From contig CAVQFQ010000006.1 in the NCBI GenBank assembly GCA_963711835.1, positions 101,213-165,212 on the forward strand: DNA of 64,000 nucleotides, written 5' to 3'. The position numbers and the translations under genes were made by a program. Below, piece after piece: positions 58,725 to 64,000 of this stretch. Positions within the stretch are counted from its first letter, which is position 1. Each line of letters opens with the position of its first letter. This stretch comes from an uncultured delta proteobacterium. Its GTDB lineage: Bacteria; Desulfobacterota; RBG-13-43-22. The notes beneath the pieces are model-generated. The model worked only from the letters and a program-made list of their open reading frames with translations. It searched no databases and was not told where the DNA came from.

Positions 58725-59015
58725 ACCCGGCCCTTTCCCCGCTTGACTATCCCTTACAGCAACATCCCCTTGACTTATCAGGCCTTCTATGCTGCTATTT
58801 TATACAAAAACCTGATTCCCACCCGCCCCACCCACTCCGACTTTCCCCCGTCCGGAGGCGTGGTCATAATTCGTCATCCCAGCCATGACCCGCTGAGACG
58901 GGATCCGGGGCCTTATGATGTTGGGGAAGGGAATATTCTTTTTGCCTGCATCGAGAGTGCCCGGTATAGCCGGGCATGAGGATTTATTATCATTCCAAGA
59001 GAAGAAGGGGTCGCT

Positions 59016-59243
59016 ATGACCTGCAAGAATCATCCGGATCAAGAAGCCTACGTGGCCTGCCAGAAAATGGGGATCGGCTACTGCCAGGATTGCCTGGACA
59101 ACTGCGAAGCCTGTACCGATCCCTGCGGCTATTGTCAATTTCGGACCCAGTGTCTGATCTGGGAGTTGTGCCGCAGGAGCGAAAAACGCTATCGCCTCGA
59201 AAGAGAGGCTGAAGGGGCTGCCTCCCCGGAAGGAGAAGGGTAG
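59016..59243 (+). CDS. Small Cys-rich, probably metal-binding protein
   Basis: 10 Cys in 52 aa, CxxHP start, purine-rich RBS. Confidence 0.75.
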   Translation: MTCKNHPDQEAYVACQKMGIGYCQDCLDNCEACTDPCGYCQFRTQCLIWELCRRSEKRYRLEREAEGAASPEGEG

Positions 59244-59275
59244 TTTCCGTACCGAGTGCGGATTAGGGGCGGCTT

Positions 59276-60160
59276 ATGTTAAGACCAAATCTTCCATCCC
59301 TTGGCGATGAGGAAGGGAAAGCCCTTCCACGGGACCTTCCGAAAGTTATTGATGCCCATGTGCATATCTTTCCCGACACTATATTTTCCGCCATCCGGGC
59401 CTGGTTTGACGAAAACGCCTGGCCTATCCGATACCGGCTGACCACCTCGGAGCTGCTGACATACCTGCTGTCCCGCGGCGTCGGTCATGTGGTGGCCCTT
59501 CAATACGCCCACAAACCGGGCTTGGCCAGGACCCTGAATCGCTACATGGCGGAGAAGTGTCGGGAGTTTTCCGGAAAAGTTACCGGTCTGGCCACAATCT
59601 TCCCGGGCGAAGAGCAGGCCGGGGGAATTCTTAAGGAAGCTTTCGATCATGGTCTAAAGGGTCTGAAATTGCACGCCCATGTGCAGTGCTTTGATATGAA
59701 TGCCGAAGAGATGGCGAGCATCTATGCCCTGTGTGAATCGGAGCAAAAACCCATCGTCATGCACGTCGGCCGGGAGCCCAAAAGCGAGGTCTACAAGTGT
59801 GATCCCTATCAAATCTGCAGCGCCGAGAGATTGGAAAGGGTCCTGCTGGACTTCCCCGGGCTAAGGATTTGTGTCCCTCATTTAGGATTTAACGAGATGG
59901 CTGCTTACCGAAAATTGCTTGAGAAATATGACACCCTCTGGCTGGACACAACCATGATGCTGGCCGGCTACCTTCCTTGGGATGACCCCATCGAATTGGA
60001 TAGTTATAGAATGGATAGAGTCATGTATGGATCCGATTTTCCCAATATCCCGTATGCCTGGGACCGGGAACTCAAATGGCTCAAGGCCTCGGGGCTGCCG
60101 CCGGACAAACTGGAATGGATTCTAAATAAAAGCGCCGCCTGTTTTTTCGGGATCGATTGA
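59276..60160 (+). CDS. Amidohydrolase_2 family protein
   Basis: IDAHVH, GLKLH, HLG and YGSDFP. Confidence 0.9.
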   Translation: MLRPNLPSLGDEEGKALPRDLPKVIDAHVHIFPDTIFSAIRAWFDENAWPIRYRLTTSELLTYLLSRGVGHVVALQYAHKPGLARTLNRYMAEKCREFSGKVTGLATIFPGEEQAGGILKEAFDHGLKGLKLHAHVQCFDMNAEEMASIYALCESEQKPIVMHVGREPKSEVYKCDPYQICSAERLERVLLDFPGLRICVPHLGFNEMAAYRKLLEKYDTLWLDTTMMLAGYLPWDDPIELDSYRMDRVMYGSDFPNIPYAWDRELKWLKASGLPPDKLEWILNKSAACFFGID

Positions 60161-60303
60161 TGGAAAAATGCTAATAAACACGCCAAGCCTTAGGACCATG
60201 ATGGGTGCCAGTTTCCTTAACCTCTTCATGGAACGGGAATTTAACGTCATCGTTATGGACCTGCAAGGTCATGCGTCGGTGGCGGACTTAGAGGAGGTTT
60301 AAC

Positions 60304-61113
60304 ATGTCCCGTAGAATCATAGACATCTCGATGCCGCTTGAAAACGATGTCATCTCAGACCCGCCGGCCTTCGGGCCGAAGATCACCTATCTGGACCATG
60401 AGGTGACCTTCATGCAGATGGCCTTTTTCTTCCCGGGGTTGAAGAAAGAGGACCTTCCCGACGGGGCTGCCTGGGCGGTGGAGAAAATCGAACTCACCAC
60501 CCATAACGGCACTCACCTGGATGCCCCCTTCCACTTCCACCCGACCATGGACAAAGGCCAGCGCGCCCTCACCATTGATGAAGTGGACCTGGACTGGTGC
60601 TTTCAGCCGGGAGTAAAACTGGACTTCCGTCACTTTCCCGATGGGTATGTGGCGACGGCCCAGGACGTGGAGGCGGAACTGGAACGGATCGGCCATACCC
60701 TGAGGCCTTTGGAAATTGTCCTCATCAATACCCGGGCCGGATCGCGCTACAGCCATGATGACTATGTCAGTGCCGGTTGCGGCATGGGCTACGAGGCCAC
60801 CATGTTCCTTCTGGAACGAGGTGTACGGGTGACGGGCACCGATGCCTGGAGTTGGGATCCGCCTTTCGTGTTTACCGCCCAGCGGTATGCGGAAACCCAG
60901 GATCCCGGGATCATCTGGGAGGGCCACAAGGCCGGTCGCGACGTCGGCTATTGTCACCTGGAGAAACTGCACAACCTGGAGGTGCTGCCGCCGGACGGCT
61001 TTATGGTGGCCTGCTTCCCGGTGAAGATCCGTAGCGCCTCCGCCGGATGGACCCGGGCGGTGGCCATCTTCGATGAAGCCCTTATGCTGACTTCAGGCCA
61101 GAGGAGGACTTAG
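60304..61113 (+). CDS. Cyclase family (kynurenine formamidase-like) metal hydrolase
   Basis: HNGTHLDAP, GTDAWSWD, HLEKL and RAVAI. Confidence 0.9.
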   Translation: MSRRIIDISMPLENDVISDPPAFGPKITYLDHEVTFMQMAFFFPGLKKEDLPDGAAWAVEKIELTTHNGTHLDAPFHFHPTMDKGQRALTIDEVDLDWCFQPGVKLDFRHFPDGYVATAQDVEAELERIGHTLRPLEIVLINTRAGSRYSHDDYVSAGCGMGYEATMFLLERGVRVTGTDAWSWDPPFVFTAQRYAETQDPGIIWEGHKAGRDVGYCHLEKLHNLEVLPPDGFMVACFPVKIRSASAGWTRAVAIFDEALMLTSGQRRT

Positions 61114-61565
61114 TGATGGATAGACCTTTTATTGTTGAAAATGCCCGAGAACGGCAAAGGCTCCATGACTTTGTTGCCCGAATGACCGACCAGGAATTGA
61201 GCCTCTCCCTTGAGATGGGCTGGACAGTCGCCTCGGCCCTGGCCCACCTGGCCTTCTGGGATCAGCGGTCATTGGTTCTTTCGCGGAGGTGGAAGATGGG
61301 CGAGGAGGTAGCCCTTTCTCCGGTGGATACCGATTTAACGAACGATGCCCTTCTCCCCCTTTGTCTGGCCATACCGCCCCGGGCTGCAGCCGAACTGGCC
61401 CTGGCCGCAGCCGAGGCGGTGGATGGCGAGATTGAAAAACTGTCTCCTGACTTAATCGCCCGCATAGAAGCTCTCGGGGACCGTTTCAGGCTATATCGCT
61501 GTGTTCATCGCAAGATGCATCTGGACCAGATTGAGGCGAGGCTCAACACAAAATCGGCAGGCTAG
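61113..61565 (+). CDS. DinB/maleylpyruvate isomerase N-terminal-like protein
   Basis: GWTVASALAHLAFWD and HRKMHLDQI. Confidence 0.8.
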   Translation: MMDRPFIVENARERQRLHDFVARMTDQELSLSLEMGWTVASALAHLAFWDQRSLVLSRRWKMGEEVALSPVDTDLTNDALLPLCLAIPPRAAAELALAAAEAVDGEIEKLSPDLIARIEALGDRFRLYRCVHRKMHLDQIEARLNTKSAG

Positions 61566-61588
61566 AGCCCGGACAAGACCCCGCCGGT

Positions 61589-61882
61589 TCAGATCGAAGC
61601 CAGTTCGTTCAGAATGGTAATTTCCGGGGTACCGGCGAACAGCTCTCCCGCCTTGGCAAAAAAAGCATTGAAATGCGGTGTGGAGGAATGAATTTTGAGG
61701 GCCTCCTTGTCCTTGTAACGCTCCATGACCACTAAAGTATTGGGGGCCTGTTTGGAAACATTCAGGCTGTAGAAAAGCGTTCCCTCCTCTTTGGCCACCT
61801 CGGTTATTAACTGCTTAAAGGCCTCGATGGCTTCGTCGCGTTTCTCTTCCTTGACCGGAATCTTGGCAATGACTGAAATCAT
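61589..61882 (-). CDS. Antibiotic biosynthesis monooxygenase (ABM) family protein
   Basis: EEGTLFYSL and ERYKDKEALKIHSSTPHF; AAGGAG RBS before ATG 61882. Confidence 0.88.
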   Translation of the reverse strand: MISVIAKIPVKEEKRDEAIEAFKQLITEVAKEEGTLFYSLNVSKQAPNTLVVMERYKDKEALKIHSSTPHFNAFFAKAGELFAGTPEITILNELASI

Positions 61883-61959
61883 AAACGGTTCTCCTTGATA
61901 TTTATTTGATTTCCTGCCTGACCATACCATATTTTCTATGACAGAATTTTATTTTTTCT

Positions 61960-63033
61960 CTATCCGATGCTTTTCCCAGGAGAGGCAGGGCCCCTGAAGA
62001 TCTGCTTCATACGCAGCAGCAGGCCCAGGTTCCCTTCCGCCTGATAGGCCTTTTGGAAGAAAGCCTGCTGCCCGTCCAATTCCCTCCGGGCGATGGCCAG
62101 CCAGACCTCCGCGGGGGTGCGGATGACCAGATCAGGTGTATGGGAAGGCCGGGGTTCCAGGACACAGCCTCCATTCTGGATAGACAAATAGGTCTCAAAT
62201 GTCTCGGACCCGGAAACCACGAACCCGATGATCGCGGTCAAGTCCCCGGCCGCTTCGGAATTAAAGAAATCCGGCATGCGGGAGATGGTTTCCCAGGCGC
62301 TCTTCGGAAGAAGTACCGGGCCCACTTCACGGACCGGAAAGGCCTTCTCTCCCTTGGCCATTTCCCTCTGTTCAGACCTGGTCGGCAGACCCAGCTTTTT
62401 CAAATAATAATCAGGAAAGCGCAAGTTAAATGGAAGACCAATAAGCAGGATCAACCCCAAGGGAATCAAGGCCCGTGTTACTACGGAGGGGTATAAACTT
62501 GTCACCACCGCAACGGCCAGTATCCCGGACCAGACATGGGTCATGATCCGGTTGATTCGAATGAAAAACGGGTTTTCCCAAAACTCCCGGGGAGTGGCCT
62601 TTTTAGCGTAATGGTAGGTGAAGGGGTCATGACCGAACAGAGGCGGGAAAAAGGCAGCGGCGAACAGGCAGGTATAAATCCCCGTGACGGCATATTTCAC
62701 CAGGAATGGCCCAAAGACATCCGGAAGGATGAGCAAACAGGTTGAAACCAAGGCGAAATAACCGCCGATAACCCAGTCGAAATAGGTCGGTTTATCCCAG
62801 CGGTAAGCAATCGTAATTATAACGCAACAGTAAGAGAAGATTGCCAGGGAACCGATGGTCAGGTTAGAAGGCGTTACACCCAGGGAGGCCCAGATCTTGA
62901 AAAAAGCCAGGGCCGGGAACGGTGCGACATAGAGGAAAATCTGCCGGGCTGTGCTCAATTTCTTCATGGTTTGCTTTTGTGAGTTCCTGGCCTGGTCCAT
63001 GAGTTCTTCTACAGGGCTAATGCGGTCTTCCAT
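61960..63033 (-). CDS. Membrane protein with a C-terminal SCP2 sterol/lipid-binding domain
   Basis: About 6 TM segments; C-terminal PDLVIRTPAEVWLAIARRELDGQQAF...GNLGLL. Confidence 0.8.
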   Translation of the reverse strand: MEDRISPVEELMDQARNSQKQTMKKLSTARQIFLYVAPFPALAFFKIWASLGVTPSNLTIGSLAIFSYCCVIITIAYRWDKPTYFDWVIGGYFALVSTCLLILPDVFGPFLVKYAVTGIYTCLFAAAFFPPLFGHDPFTYHYAKKATPREFWENPFFIRINRIMTHVWSGILAVAVVTSLYPSVVTRALIPLGLILLIGLPFNLRFPDYYLKKLGLPTRSEQREMAKGEKAFPVREVGPVLLPKSAWETISRMPDFFNSEAAGDLTAIIGFVVSGSETFETYLSIQNGGCVLEPRPSHTPDLVIRTPAEVWLAIARRELDGQQAFFQKAYQAEGNLGLLLRMKQIFRGPASPGKSIG

Positions 63034-63114
63034 AACCCTCCCTTTTTTTGTTTATATACCGGAAGCTTTATAATATAAAGTTTGAATCCTTAATGATTGC
63101 TCCATTGTATCATA

Positions 63115-63413
63115 TATTAAGGGTCTCATAAAGTCTTGACCTGAAATTGAGGAGCTTGCATTAAATGGGACCGGGGGGTCTTCTTTTCTGGGTTGTCCAC
63201 CTTCAAGCCCAAAGCTTCTTTGCCGGGCCAAATTCGGGATCTAATTCAGAGACAGGCCTACACTAATGCCCGAAACGGACTTGAGTGAATGCCCTGCACC
63301 TAACCCACTTAGCCGTCCGGGCCGGGATAGGGTGATGAGTTACCCTTTGGACAACCCCAGAAAAGAAGACCCCCCGGTCCCTGTTGGTCACTATTATTTT
63401 GAGACCCTTAATA
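63115..63413 (-). mobile_element. MITE-like element A, copy 3 (299 bp, inverted)
   Basis: Reverse complement aligns end to end with 4728-5028; perfect 14-bp TIR. Confidence 0.85.
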
Positions 63414-63446
63414 AACCAATAGAACAAAGGGCTAAGGAGGTTTTTT

Positions 63447-64000
63447 ATGAGCCGAGAAATCCATCCTTTAATTGATATCGAGATGGTTGAGACCATCCGG
63501 GCGACGGGCAAGACCAGCACGAGTCTGCCCGACCGGATCCCCCTCTTGGAAAAATACCTCCTTCCCTATGACCGGGAGGCAAAGAATGTCATTATTACCG
63601 GATGCCAGATCTTGGCCTCCTTGCCGGAGGTACTCTCCTCCCTGGCCCGTTTCTTTGATCGCACCGGCCTCTCCTACACCTTTCTTTCCCAAGAGTACTG
63701 CTGCGGGAATTACCTCTACCGTCCGGCCATCCAGGCCCGGGATGAAAGCGCCCTGGCCGAGATCAGGGGACTCTCCCGGGAGTTTTTAGAAAAAAATATC
63801 GTCCGGGCCGAGGAGTTGGGTGCTACCCGGATCATCATTTTTTGCTCCCCCTGTTACCCCATCTATAAACATGCCTTCCCCGAAAAGGAAATTGTCTTTT
63901 ATCCGGCGGCTATCGCTGAAGAGATGAAGCCCCTTCGGTATGAAGGGGAGATCGACTATTACGCCGGTTGTTACCGGCTGCACCGCAAGTTTGCCCCGGT
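63447..64000 (+). CDS. CCG-domain (Fe-S)-binding protein, runs off the window end
   Basis: AAGGAGG RBS; hand translation gives TGC, EYCCG, CSPC and YYAGC. Confidence 0.8.
   Translation, partial: MSREIHPLIDIEMVETIRATGKTSTSLPDRIPLLEKYLLPYDREAKNVIITGCQILASLPEVLSSLARFFDRTGLSYTFLSQEYCCGNYLYRPAIQARDESALAEIRGLSREFLEKNIVRAEELGATRIIIFCSPCYPIYKHAFPEKEIVFYPAAIAEEMKPLRYEGEIDYYAGCYRLHRKFAP

Noticed and set aside
58889-58902. TPP riboswitch (GCTGAGA motif)
   Set aside because: The downstream ACCTGA...TAAT...GCG...GGGA consensus is missing and no thiamine genes are adjacent.
4602-63447. Orientation bias of element A toward downstream genes
   Set aside because: Copies 1 and 3 lie in divergent spacers where either orientation points into a gene, so the pattern is uninformative.

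Overview
GC-rich bacterial chromosome segment. Gene content (AOR, IspH-UbiA fusion, LpxI, RemA, BamA with an extra N-terminal domain, many acyl-CoA enzymes) points to an anaerobic Desulfobacterota-like organism; this assignment is an inference. Main blocks: aor-moaD region, tctCBA, dusB-ispH, the lysS-lolCD-bamA-skp-lpxD-fabZ-lpxA-lpxI-remA-gmk-rlmB core operon, a Cus-type Cu/Ag RND efflux cluster, tatD-maf-yggS, a decaying accessory patch at about 36-43.6 kb (HicB-like pseudogene, M64 peptidase, RAYT remnant, truncated vapC), and a large acyl-CoA catabolic region at 43.6-54.6 kb. No rRNA, tRNA or CRISPR array was seen. The most striking unexplained signal is non-coding. A 299-301 bp element occurs three times (4728-5028, 11542-11840, and 63115-63413 inverted). 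A neighbouring 325 bp element (5071-5395) has unrelated outer terminal inverted repeats but shares a co-varying 33-34 bp inner inverted repeat and a homologous multi-hairpin core. Several other nested palindromic elements occupy intergenic spacers.
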